From: an uncultured Candidatus Saccharibacteria bacterium
GTDB lineage: Bacteria > Patescibacteriota > SICC01 > CAYSOT01
Reading direction: 5' to 3'
Length of the DNA: 64,000 nucleotides
Assembly: GCA_964432765.1 (NCBI GenBank)
Contig: CAYSOT010000002.1
Coordinates: forward strand, 38,220 to 102,219
Each line of letters opens with the position of its first letter. The first letter of the stretch is position 1. This document shows positions 27,250 through 35,927 of the stretch, in pieces. The notes under the pieces were generated by a model. That model was not told the origin of the DNA and did not search any database. It was given only the letters and a program-made list of their open reading frames with translations. Made by a program: the position numbers and the translations under genes.

Positions 27250-30200
27250 ATGGATACGGAACTTACAGGCTGGGTAGAAAGTGCGCCGGAGGCGACTGAA
27301 GCGATTGTCGATCGGGCCGTCAGGTCGCATTTGCTTGAACATCCAGAATATCTACTACCACTCTGTTTCGAGTTTGAAGAATACGAAACCTACGGTGCGC
27401 TCGATGCGCTCGATATTTCAGCCCATGATCTGGCTAGGCTACCTCTTGGAGTTACGATTGAAAGAATTCCCGGGACAAACCAGCAGAGACTCTTCCGAAC
27501 AGAGCCCGAACATCACGATATGCGGTTGTGGGCTGAAGATGGTGTAGACATTCCAAATCGCGCATCAGCAGTTGACCTTCTTGCGATCCAATACCTTCTT
27601 GATACAACAAGGCCTTCGGGCAAACCGGGACATTTCGACTACACTCCAAACACCGTTCCGGGCGGTTTAGCTAAACCGCGTGAAGTCACAGAAAAAGACA
27701 TCCAAGAGATTTTTAATATTGCCAAAGAGGCACTCTTTGAAGTTGGCTACTCGCTTAATAAGTACGGCAGGCCTTTAATTGAAGAGGCTCAGAATCTGCG
27801 TGACCAAAGACATCCGGAGCTAGCAGGTTCAATTACGTTCCACGAGGAGCTTCTAGAGTTGCTCGAAAAGGGAGGGATTTTAGCGAGGAAGGTCGTCTAT
27901 GGCAAGCCGATCAAATTTGCCATCGACATAGTAACAACAGAACCACAGCGTGTGGCTGCGCTCGTGGATGAGCATCGCGTACACGGCGATCCAGTACTCG
28001 ACTTTACGGGATTCATTAAGAAATCTGTATCCAAAGATCCCGAATTTCAGCAGCATATTCTAGAACCGACAGAGCCTGGACTCGCGCTTGATCTTGATAT
28101 GACCTACTCACCACTCTTTCAGCGCCACATAACCCATGAGTCGTTTGGGAGAGTCACACCGCGAGAGTTGTATGCCGCAGCAGAATGGGCGATCGGCGAC
28201 CAGCTCGCAAAAGCAGCTCTTAGCAAGACCCCCGAATGGGCCGAGGTGCTAGCAAGAGAAAAACCTCTCTTTTATACCCACGACGGTATCAGGTTTGACG
28301 CTAGCCGAGTTGCCCTTGCCTTCTTCACAGTCGGTGCGGAAAAAACCGTCGAACTCCTCGTAGCCGCGGAAGATCGAGAAATTATGCTCGATGGAATTCA
28401 TGAGATGGTACGCCTTGGTAAAGACGCTGTGCTCCGTGAAGCTGGCCTCGAGCAGGCGTCAGAAATTTACCGTGCTGGTCTCATTAAGCGAAGCGGACTA
28501 GATGGTGCTGTTAGGTTTCTTTGGTTCAGCATGACCCGAGTTACGAAATTCCCCCACACTCCTTTTACCGAAGAGCATATTCGGCTTGAGAGGGAACAAG
28601 CAAAGGAGGAGCAGCGCAGGCGCCAACCCAAACTTTACATCGATAATGAGTTAGTTCATCTGCGCTGCGTGCAGATTTTTGAACGGGCCAAGCGCATTTA
28701 TGATATTAATCCGAGCATCTTCCCGAACCTTGGCTCCACAGACACGTTTGAGCAATATCTAACGCGGCAGATACTCTACCCCACGTCGCAAGATAGTCGA
28801 AAGCTTGAGTGGCTTGTTTTTGATGTCGATGTACCCCGAGTTGATGAGGAAACTATCTGTCGCGTTTTAGCTGAAAACGCCCACGTTGTAACCGAATTAC
28901 TTGAGCGAAGGATTTCTGAAAGCGTGTTGGAAGATGGCCTAAGCGAAGAGCGACGCGCTGCGATTCTGCATGACTTTGAGGTCCAGTTTGGTCCAGAGAT
29001 GCGGCAAGAAGCTCAAGCGCTGGTGGTCGACTTAGTAGAAGGGAACGATCTAGTCCTTGCGTTTGAGGGTTTAAAGCAGGCTGCTTTCGTTACGGAACTT
29101 TTTCGAGCAGCGGCTGATAATATCCAGATACCGCGGGAGCGTTTGCTAAAACGGCTCATTGAGAAATCAGCAGAAGTGTATGGAATTGACGCGACCGAGA
29201 TCGAATCGGCCATAACCCCGCAAGAGCTGTTATTCTATTTTGAACACGCGGAGCGCATCAGCGCACTGCGACACTCAACCACTCTGCCAGAGACAGCAGG
29301 ATGGCGAACGGCGAGCAAACCTCGTCCAATCAAAACTCCAGCCGATGAAATATGCTCGTTTGAAGATCTTCACCGAGCGAGACACCTTACTCACCAAACA
29401 GAGCTGGGCCAAGCCTACTACGTAGCAGCTGCACTGTTGCTCGGCCGAAAGACTATCGACAGCTTCTTGTCTCCATCCAGAAAGCGTCTCGGTTTAGTTA
29501 ACGGCGGCCACTATGAAGAGGTCTTGGGCTGGGTAGACTATGCAGTAAAGCTTTCTCCCGAAAACTTGACCGCTGTTCTCGAATCAATTGACTCGGATGT
29601 TGAACAGTTCGAACTTTCTATATATCTGACAAAATATGAACCTGAAAATGATCAACTAGCACAGCGTGGTCCGATTCGCTCGATTCGAGAGCTCAAAGTC
29701 CGCGTCGAGGCTCTAGGGAGAGACTTTTCAGCAATCAAGGACAGGCGCGCCTGGGATGTACTTTCTAAAACACCGGGTATGGACTTCGCAGCGCTCGAGG
29801 AAATGTGCGGACAGAGGGAATTCCACGAGCTGCTCCGTGGAGACTTCGACGCATTCCAACCCTTTTCATCATTCGAGGTGCTGGTTGCTCCAAAGCACGA
29901 TGTAGCAACAATCGTACAAACGTCGCTTGGGTCTAGAAAAAACAATACTCCAGGAACGGCCGCCGACCCGGCAAAGCTTTATCATGACCTCAAACACCTT
30001 ATGAAACGCCGTGGCGTCACTGGATCCCCTGCGGATTTATTTGAATCGGTTCCAAAACAGATAGAAGCAGAAGTGCTCGAGCTTGTACGAGGGCAGGATT
30101 CATACCAAGAAGAGTCAACCGGGCCACTCTACAGGGCAACGCTTCACGACAAATCAGATCCTCTTGGTTGGGTTTGTGGAAATTACACCGATTGCTGCAT

Positions 30201-30588
30201 GCCGTTTGGGCGAAGCCTCAATACAGACTACATGTTCAATCCGGACACGCAGTATTTTACGATTCGACGTAACGGTAGAATCATTGCACAATCAGTCGTT
30301 ATTGCCGCCCAAGACGCAGGCACACATGAGCCAGTTGTTGTGCTTGATGGCCTAGAAATTGCTAACAACTACCGCCATCTTCGCGAAGACATTATCGCCG
30401 TGTACCGAAAGGTCTGGGGTGATACATACGACGGGAAGCCTGTGCTGATTGGGACGTTCCGCAAGGAACACCCGATTACCAGAGAGCCGTACGAAGCATC
30501 AGTTTCCGAGCACTATATTTCGCGTAGTGGCAGCATTGGTTATACCGACGCTTGGGGCTACTTCCTCTTCCCCTTTACGCCATCCTGA
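27250..30588 (+). CDS. Large (1112 aa) soluble hypothetical protein with C-terminal GNYTDCC domain
   Basis: Uninterrupted 3.3 kb ORF, no TM or signal peptide; DKSDPLGWVCGNYTDCCMPFG..RIIAQS..VLDGLE. Confidence 0.85.
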   Translation: MDTELTGWVESAPEATEAIVDRAVRSHLLEHPEYLLPLCFEFEEYETYGALDALDISAHDLARLPLGVTIERIPGTNQQRLFRTEPEHHDMRLWAEDGVDIPNRASAVDLLAIQYLLDTTRPSGKPGHFDYTPNTVPGGLAKPREVTEKDIQEIFNIAKEALFEVGYSLNKYGRPLIEEAQNLRDQRHPELAGSITFHEELLELLEKGGILARKVVYGKPIKFAIDIVTTEPQRVAALVDEHRVHGDPVLDFTGFIKKSVSKDPEFQQHILEPTEPGLALDLDMTYSPLFQRHITHESFGRVTPRELYAAAEWAIGDQLAKAALSKTPEWAEVLAREKPLFYTHDGIRFDASRVALAFFTVGAEKTVELLVAAEDREIMLDGIHEMVRLGKDAVLREAGLEQASEIYRAGLIKRSGLDGAVRFLWFSMTRVTKFPHTPFTEEHIRLEREQAKEEQRRRQPKLYIDNELVHLRCVQIFERAKRIYDINPSIFPNLGSTDTFEQYLTRQILYPTSQDSRKLEWLVFDVDVPRVDEETICRVLAENAHVVTELLERRISESVLEDGLSEERRAAILHDFEVQFGPEMRQEAQALVVDLVEGNDLVLAFEGLKQAAFVTELFRAAADNIQIPRERLLKRLIEKSAEVYGIDATEIESAITPQELLFYFEHAERISALRHSTTLPETAGWRTASKPRPIKTPADEICSFEDLHRARHLTHQTELGQAYYVAAALLLGRKTIDSFLSPSRKRLGLVNGGHYEEVLGWVDYAVKLSPENLTAVLESIDSDVEQFELSIYLTKYEPENDQLAQRGPIRSIRELKVRVEALGRDFSAIKDRRAWDVLSKTPGMDFAALEEMCGQREFHELLRGDFDAFQPFSSFEVLVAPKHDVATIVQTSLGSRKNNTPGTAADPAKLYHDLKHLMKRRGVTGSPADLFESVPKQIEAEVLELVRGQDSYQEESTGPLYRATLHDKSDPLGWVCGNYTDCCMPFGRSLNTDYMFNPDTQYFTIRRNGRIIAQSVVIAAQDAGTHEPVVVLDGLEIANNYRHLREDIIAVYRKVWGDTYDGKPVLIGTFRKEHPITREPYEASVSEHYISRSGSIGYTDAWGYFLFPFTPS

Positions 30589-30842
30589 CTTTTTCTAATC
30601 GCGCTGAAGTGCCACCATGGAAGGCGTTCTCCCGAGTTGATGAAATGAATGGCCGCCGCGAAAACATCTTCCACACACGGATCGTGTCGTCTTCCAGTCT
30701 TGGCACACAGTGCGAGGTACAGTGAATTCGCTGACTTACCCGACAGCTCATTGGGCGTCGCTATACCTAGTAGGGCCAGGTCTGCGGCAGTTGCTTTTCC
30801 AACATTCGGAATGTCGGTGAGTTTGTGGGCTAGTGAAGCCAT
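30558..30842 (-). CDS. Helix-hairpin-helix protein (Cdd1 / mitomycin-resistance-like)
   Basis: LTDIPNVGKATAADL..LGI, LYLALC..TG.RHDPCVEDVF, PWWHFS. Confidence 0.87.
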   Translation of the reverse strand: MASLAHKLTDIPNVGKATAADLALLGIATPNELSGKSANSLYLALCAKTGRRHDPCVEDVFAAAIHFINSGERLPWWHFSAIRKSQDGVKGKRK

Positions 30843-30862
30843 CAACTACACTATAGAGGTTT

Positions 30863-30952
30863 GGAGAGGTGCCGGAGTGGACGAACGGGGCGGTCTCGAA
30901 AACCGTTAGGCCCGCAAGGGTCTCGAGGGTTCGAATCCCTCCCTCTCCGCCA
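30863..30952 (+). tRNA. tRNA-Ser(CGA)
   Basis: GGAGAGG acceptor, GCGGT-CTCGAAA-ACCGT anticodon arm, long variable arm, encoded CCA. Confidence 0.96.
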
Positions 30953-31036
30953 TAACATATCTAAGAAAACCAACAAACAATACTAAACTGAGAGATCTGG
31001 TCACCTCGGTCCAGCCTCGCTTAATCACATAAATTT

Positions 31037-31483
31037 ATGAAACACATACACTTAGAAGGCTCCTGGGTGATAAAGGCCCCACTTCGAAAAGTTTTTGACG
31101 TAGTTACCGATTTCGAAAAAATGCCCGAGCATTTTCCGGCTATTGCTGAGTCGCTCCATATCGTAAAGCGCGATGGTAATACTCTAACTATCGATGCGAG
31201 GGCAAAATCTTTTGGCAGATCGTTTCCTGTGAAAATGAAAACTACGATCATCCCCGGAAAGGGTTTTATTTCTGATAATCAGAGTCAGAAGTTTGGCACA
31301 TCGGGGCACGAGGAAATGATGCTCGAAAAGGTACCGACAGGCACAAAGGTTAACTATGTTTACGAGGTAACTATTCATAAGCCGCTGCTGCGCATTGTGG
31401 CAAAACCTCTTATTGGTTTCTTTGCGATGAGAATGTGGAAGCGTGCGTTCATAGACAAACTAAAAGAGCTTCTGGAAACGTAG
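31037..31483 (+). CDS. SRPBCC/START-like (polyketide cyclase) family protein
   Basis: IKAPLRKVFDVVTDFEKMPEHFP start, GTKVNY strand, C-terminal helix ending LKELLE. Confidence 0.82.
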   Translation: MKHIHLEGSWVIKAPLRKVFDVVTDFEKMPEHFPAIAESLHIVKRDGNTLTIDARAKSFGRSFPVKMKTTIIPGKGFISDNQSQKFGTSGHEEMMLEKVPTGTKVNYVYEVTIHKPLLRIVAKPLIGFFAMRMWKRAFIDKLKELLET

Positions 31484-31536
31484 CCCTACCAGCAAGAACG
31501 AGTCCAAAAAACCATAGAGTAGGTCGCATGAAATGG

Positions 31537-31565
31537 TTGACTGATAGCCAATAAAATGCTATATT
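31537..31565 (+). promoter_or_regulatory. Sigma-70 promoter of the 31588 gene
   Basis: TTGACT-17 nt-TATATT with TG extension. Confidence 0.65.
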
Positions 31566-31587
31566 AAGCCAATTAATTTGTGCGTAC

Positions 31588-32709
31588 ATGTCGAGCATTG
31601 ATACAGAATCGTCCCCCGAAGAGTTTGCCGCCACTTGCGACGAGCTGGCGAGACAGCTTGAGGAGGTTGTCCCCCAGACAGACCCGAATCGCGAGATGAC
31701 CGAGGCGTTCGTCCCTAAAGAAGATGGGGGTTGCTTTGTAATTCGGCGCGCACCGGGGAAAACAATTAAAGAAGCCGGAATCATTTTTGAGTTTGATAGT
31801 CCAGAAGCTGCGCGGTCGACCAAAATGGAATACACGAGTATCTATCGGTTCGACTCGCTCAATGGAATTAAGTCAGATTATTCAGCTGACCTCGATCGAC
31901 CGGCAACAGTAGTGGCAAATGAATTACTCACCCTAGTCCGTACCCGCAGACAGGAGATTAGAGTCGGGGGTATTGGTGCTTTCTATGGCACTGGTGAAGC
32001 GCTGCCAGAAACGAGCATGTCCGAAACAGAACAATTCGAGGCATACCACAGGCTCCAAGTCTTGGCTGGTGAACTTTGTGATGAATCCGACGCTCCAAAT
32101 GATTGCTCATACATACCTGGTGATTCGGAATGGGATACTCCAGTTGGCGGAACAGCCGACATGATGCATCTGCAGATTGACCGCAGCGGAGATACGCTCT
32201 ACATCCAAGAGCGCATACTATCGACACAACCCGACGGAACCTTGGTGGACGATGTGGTGCCATATCAATTCAATCGCACCGGTGGGCTGATCAATCGCAG
32301 AACTAATCGGCCGGTTCCAGACAAAGCTCTCGAATTTGCAGAGCTGATTGAGCTCGATCGGCAAATCAGCGGAAACCCAGAACTTCTTGGGGCATCCGAT
32401 GAACTGTACAAGCAAATTGAGCGTGTTTTCCAAGATGTCGAACCCGGTGAAAATGATGTCATTTATGTCGATTCTCGCGACCCGTCACACTCTGTGTACA
32501 TACATCGCGTTATCGAGCGAGATCGCGCCGGAATGGAATCTGTGCGATTCGGAATTCTTGAAACGAAGGAATCTGGGACGAAAATGTATACTCGGTCATT
32601 TAGCGCCGAAGAAGACAAGAGTCTTGTGCGCTCAGAGACTGAAAAACCAGATGCGCGCGCCGCTGCACGCCTAGCAGACATCATCGAGCACGGTCGACCC
32701 CCTAATTAG
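31588..32709 (+). CDS. Acidic hypothetical protein with three internal ~115-aa repeats
   Basis: 373-aa ORF with its own promoter; internal similarity seen by eye. Confidence 0.75.
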   Translation: MSSIDTESSPEEFAATCDELARQLEEVVPQTDPNREMTEAFVPKEDGGCFVIRRAPGKTIKEAGIIFEFDSPEAARSTKMEYTSIYRFDSLNGIKSDYSADLDRPATVVANELLTLVRTRRQEIRVGGIGAFYGTGEALPETSMSETEQFEAYHRLQVLAGELCDESDAPNDCSYIPGDSEWDTPVGGTADMMHLQIDRSGDTLYIQERILSTQPDGTLVDDVVPYQFNRTGGLINRRTNRPVPDKALEFAELIELDRQISGNPELLGASDELYKQIERVFQDVEPGENDVIYVDSRDPSHSVYIHRVIERDRAGMESVRFGILETKESGTKMYTRSFSAEEDKSLVRSETEKPDARAAARLADIIEHGRPPN

Positions 32710-32730
32710 ACTGAAGTTCACCTTTGTTCC

Positions 32731-32753
32731 AGCAGCTCTGAAAAGAGTCTGCT
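32731..32753 (+). terminator. Possible hairpin terminator
   Basis: AGCAG-CTCT-GAAA-AGAG-T-CTGCT stem with GAAA loop after the 31588 gene; no U tract. Confidence 0.3.
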
Positions 32754-32787
32754 TGCGGCATAGAAACAAACTCGCAACAATACCAGC

Positions 32788-33207
32788 ATGAACATGTTCA
32801 AACCATCAAGCACCTCGACAAGCAAGGAGTATATTTCCCAATGCCCTCCTCTGCGACAAGAATCTATCAAACAGTTAGACAAGCTTATTCGAGAAGTCGT
32901 GCCAGATCTGAAGCCCCATTTTGCCACTAATATGCTTGGGTATGGGTCGTTTCCTTATAAGAACTACAAGGGGGAGCTGGTCGAATGGCCAACCGTAGCC
33001 CTCGCGAACCAAAAGAACTATCTTAGCCTGTACGTTTGTGCGCTTGATGGAAACCAATACATTGCCGAAAAATATGCCGATGCACTTGGGCGCGTAAAGG
33101 TTGGAAAAAGCTGCATCCGATTCAAGCAATTTTCCGATCTTGATACAGACACGCTGCGGAAGGTCTTAAAAGAAGCCGCTGCAAATCCGGGTTTTGGAGA
33201 ACGATAG
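32788..33207 (+). CDS. DUF1801 (YdhG-like) protein
   Basis: MLGYGSFPY, LANQKNYLSLY, GKSCIRFK. Confidence 0.87.
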   Translation: MNMFKPSSTSTSKEYISQCPPLRQESIKQLDKLIREVVPDLKPHFATNMLGYGSFPYKNYKGELVEWPTVALANQKNYLSLYVCALDGNQYIAEKYADALGRVKVGKSCIRFKQFSDLDTDTLRKVLKEAAANPGFGER

Positions 33208-33261
33208 CACGTCTGCGTTACCTGCTAGCCACCACGGTGTGCTCCCCCGTATGATAAAGGC

Positions 33262-33669
33262 ATGAATACCTCAACATTTTTCAAACTCTACCTCACGGCC
33301 GTGCCTGTCTTCTTCGCAATCGATATGTTCTGGCTTGGTGTTGTCGCCAAGAATCTATACCGGGATAAGCTTGGCTATCTAATGGCCAGCTCCGTCAATT
33401 GGCCTGCCGCTATAAGTTTTTATCTACTATTTCTGGTCGGCCTAGTCGTGTTTGTCATTCAGCCTGCAGTTGCAGATGGATCTTGGGTAAAAGCCGTTGG
33501 CCTCGGTGCGCTTTTTGGCTTAATAACGTATGCGACTTATGACCTAACAAACCTTGCCACGGTGCGCGACTGGCCGCTAAGTATTACCTTGATCGACCTC
33601 GCCTGGGGAACGGTTCTTGCTGCCTCGGTCTCGGGTGTCACCTACCTTATTGCCCAGCGAGTGCTGTAG
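33262..33669 (+). CDS. DUF2177 membrane protein
   Basis: IDMFWLG, YATYDLTNLAT..W, DLAWG. Confidence 0.9.
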   Translation: MNTSTFFKLYLTAVPVFFAIDMFWLGVVAKNLYRDKLGYLMASSVNWPAAISFYLLFLVGLVVFVIQPAVADGSWVKAVGLGALFGLITYATYDLTNLATVRDWPLSITLIDLAWGTVLAASVSGVTYLIAQRVL

Positions 33670-34460
33670 TGGACTTTTGGTCGCTCTATCTTGTTGCGGT
33701 CTATGTTGTCGGCGCCTTAATGGCTTCGACCTTTTTGATTTCGCTTCTAAAGAAAGACAATAGTATCGTCGATATATCGTGGGGCCTCGGATTCGCGCTC
33801 ATCGCCGGAACCACCTACTACGTTTCGGAAATGTATACGCCGACTGGTCTGGTGGTTAGTATTCTGGCAATTATATGGGGCATCCGCCTGGCTTCCCACA
33901 TTTACTTACGCAAAAGGGGGAAGCCAGAAGATTTCCGCTACGCGAAATGGCGAACGGAGCGGGGAAAAGGATTCGTTATTAGAAGTCTGCTTCAAATTTA
34001 CCTGCTGCAAGGTTTCCTGATGCTTGTAGTGGCAGCTAGTATTATCGCTGTTAATAGTGCTGAGAGCGCTGACTTCGGCATTGCAGCAATGCTTGGATTA
34101 CTTATCTGGCTAGTCGGATTTGGTTTTGAGGTTGTTTCAGATCTCCAGCTTGAACAGTTTCGAAACAAACCAAAAAAGAAGGGTGGGATTATCACGTCTG
34201 GACTCTGGCGCTACAGCCGACATCCAAATTACTTCGGGGAGAGCCTGCTTTGGATTGGGGTTTGGATTATGGTCGCCACAACACCCCACGGCCCGATTGC
34301 TATCATTAGCCCTCTGGTAATTACGCTTCTCCTGCGTTTTGTTTCCGGCGTACCAATGCTTGAGAAAAGATATGCTGGCAACGCCGCATACGCGGCTTAT
34401 GCAGCAAAAACTAATATCTTTGTACCGCTCCCAGCAAGCGGCAATCGGAAAAGCGGATGA
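33669..34460 (+). CDS. DUF1295 (steroid 5-alpha-reductase-like) membrane protein
   Basis: SIVDISWG, WGIRLA, EDFRY, GLWRYSRHPNYFGE, SGVPMLE; 1-nt overlap with DUF2177. Confidence 0.92.
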   Translation: MDFWSLYLVAVYVVGALMASTFLISLLKKDNSIVDISWGLGFALIAGTTYYVSEMYTPTGLVVSILAIIWGIRLASHIYLRKRGKPEDFRYAKWRTERGKGFVIRSLLQIYLLQGFLMLVVAASIIAVNSAESADFGIAAMLGLLIWLVGFGFEVVSDLQLEQFRNKPKKKGGIITSGLWRYSRHPNYFGESLLWIGVWIMVATTPHGPIAIISPLVITLLLRFVSGVPMLEKRYAGNAAYAAYAAKTNIFVPLPASGNRKSG

Positions 34461-35227
34461 CCAAAGATCAGCGTGTCCTAATTACCGGCGCTACGGGTGG
34501 GATTGGCCTTGAGCTTGCCAAGCTGTTTGCCTCAGACGGCTATCAACTAGTGCTTGTGGGTCGTAATTCGGGACGACTTCAAGAGACAGCCAAGGTGCTG
34601 CTTGGACGCGGAGCCACCTCAGTAGAAACCCATGCGATTGACCTGGCACGCGCAGGAGCGGCCGAGAAAGTGGTCGATGCGCTCAAGACGCCTCACGTCG
34701 ATATTTTGGTTAACAACGCTGGCTATGCGACGAATGGAAAATTTAATGAGCTCGACTACGAAAGCGAACTTGGTATGGTTGATCTTAACATTGGCACCCT
34801 CACCGGTCTCACAAAATTACTGCTGCCGGGCATGGTCGAACGAAAGCAAGGCTGGATCTTAAATGTTGCATCAACCGCAGCGTTCCAACCCGGTCCGCTA
34901 ATGAGCGTGTACTACGCGACAAAGGCGTATGTTTTATCGTTCTCTCTTGGAATCCGTGAGGAGGTTAGAAAGGACAATGTTTTTGTAACCGCACTCTGCC
35001 CCGGACCGACAAAAACGGGCTTCGCCACTCGCGCTGGGATGCTTCGCACACGACTTTTCCGAGAGAACGTGATGCCCGCTGAAAAAGTAGCCCAACTTGG
35101 CTATGCTGCGCTCTTCTCTGGCAAAGCGTTCGTTGTCACGGGCACACTTAATAAACTAGCAGCCTTTGCAACGCGGTTTGTGCCTCGCTCCTTGGCCGCC
35201 AAGTTGGCTATGCGAGCACAATCTTAG
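34457..35227 (+). CDS. Short-chain dehydrogenase/reductase (DltE-like)
   Basis: TGATGGIG, LVNNAG, NVAS, YYATK, LCPGPT; ATGA coupling. Confidence 0.93.
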   Translation: MTKDQRVLITGATGGIGLELAKLFASDGYQLVLVGRNSGRLQETAKVLLGRGATSVETHAIDLARAGAAEKVVDALKTPHVDILVNNAGYATNGKFNELDYESELGMVDLNIGTLTGLTKLLLPGMVERKQGWILNVASTAAFQPGPLMSVYYATKAYVLSFSLGIREEVRKDNVFVTALCPGPTKTGFATRAGMLRTRLFRENVMPAEKVAQLGYAALFSGKAFVVTGTLNKLAAFATRFVPRSLAAKLAMRAQS

Positions 35228-35246
35228 TTACGAAACCTAGTGATTC

Positions 35247-35423
35247 TCAATTGTGTTCGCCAGATCCATCATGAGCTCGGTCATGATGTACGACACGATG
35301 CACAATCAATTTTGTGAGTTCCTCTTCCGAGTACTCACGATTGTCTGGGTGGGTTTGGTTATGCTCGGAAAAGAGCTGTACAGCCTCGTCGAGAGGATCG
35401 TATTTAGCGACAATGAAGTTCAT
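35247..35423 (-). CDS. 58-aa hypothetical protein (below ORF-track cutoff)
   Basis: MNFIVAKYDPLDEAVQLFSEHNQTHPDNREYSEEELTKLIVHRVVHHDRAHDGSGEHN; ATGA-coupled to the 35809 gene and fills the gap to the SDR. Confidence 0.55.
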   Translation of the reverse strand: MNFIVAKYDPLDEAVQLFSEHNQTHPDNREYSEEELTKLIVHRVVHHDRAHDGSGEHN

Positions 35424-35809
35424 TGCATGTCCTTCTTTGCGTGACTAGCAATTGATAATCCATTAGCAAGTCGAAACGTCAGAACACGGCTCAGTGTTTC
35501 GCGCAAAGCTTGTTCGTCGTGGATTGCCATAGAGTCGGCTATATCTTGTAGGCGAATCATGTTTTCTTCGATAGCTTTTAATAGTGCGTTATTCCCACGC
35601 TGTAGGTTAAGCTCTAAAACCTGGGTAAACAGATGATCAGTTAAACTTCGCCAGGCTCGTTTGCCAACGACTGCCCGAAGCTCAGGGTATTCCAGATAGT
35701 CCCTCTCGAGTGCCGCTGAACGCTCGAGCAACTCAACCAGTAGCCGTTTCGCTACTTTTGAGCCACGTGGAAAATCCACACTTGTATTGGTGCGTAGGTC
35801 GCTTTTCAT
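35420..35809 (-). CDS. Helical hypothetical protein
   Basis: 129 aa, preceded by GGGGA and a full promoter. Confidence 0.68.
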   Translation of the reverse strand: MKSDLRTNTSVDFPRGSKVAKRLLVELLERSAALERDYLEYPELRAVVGKRAWRSLTDHLFTQVLELNLQRGNNALLKAIEENMIRLQDIADSMAIHDEQALRETLSRVLTFRLANGLSIASHAKKDMQ

Positions 35810-35841
35810 ACTGATACAGTCCCCGACTGCGTTAGCAGAGT

Positions 35842-35870
35842 ACCATATCTTATATTTTTCCCTGAGTCAA
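35842..35870 (-). promoter_or_regulatory. Sigma-70 promoter of the 35809/35423 pair
   Basis: TTGACT-17 nt-TATGGT; TCCCT-N6-AGGGA inverted repeat over the -35 (35859-35874). Confidence 0.6.
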
Positions 35871-35927
35871 GGGATATATCCGAATAAAAGGGTCTACTAA
35901 GTAGGGACTTTCCGGTATGATACGGCT

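Noticed and set aside
30985-31025. CTGAGA..GATCTGG..CCAG as a TPP riboswitch
   Set aside because: Too short, lacks the remaining conserved helices, and the downstream gene is unrelated to thiamine.
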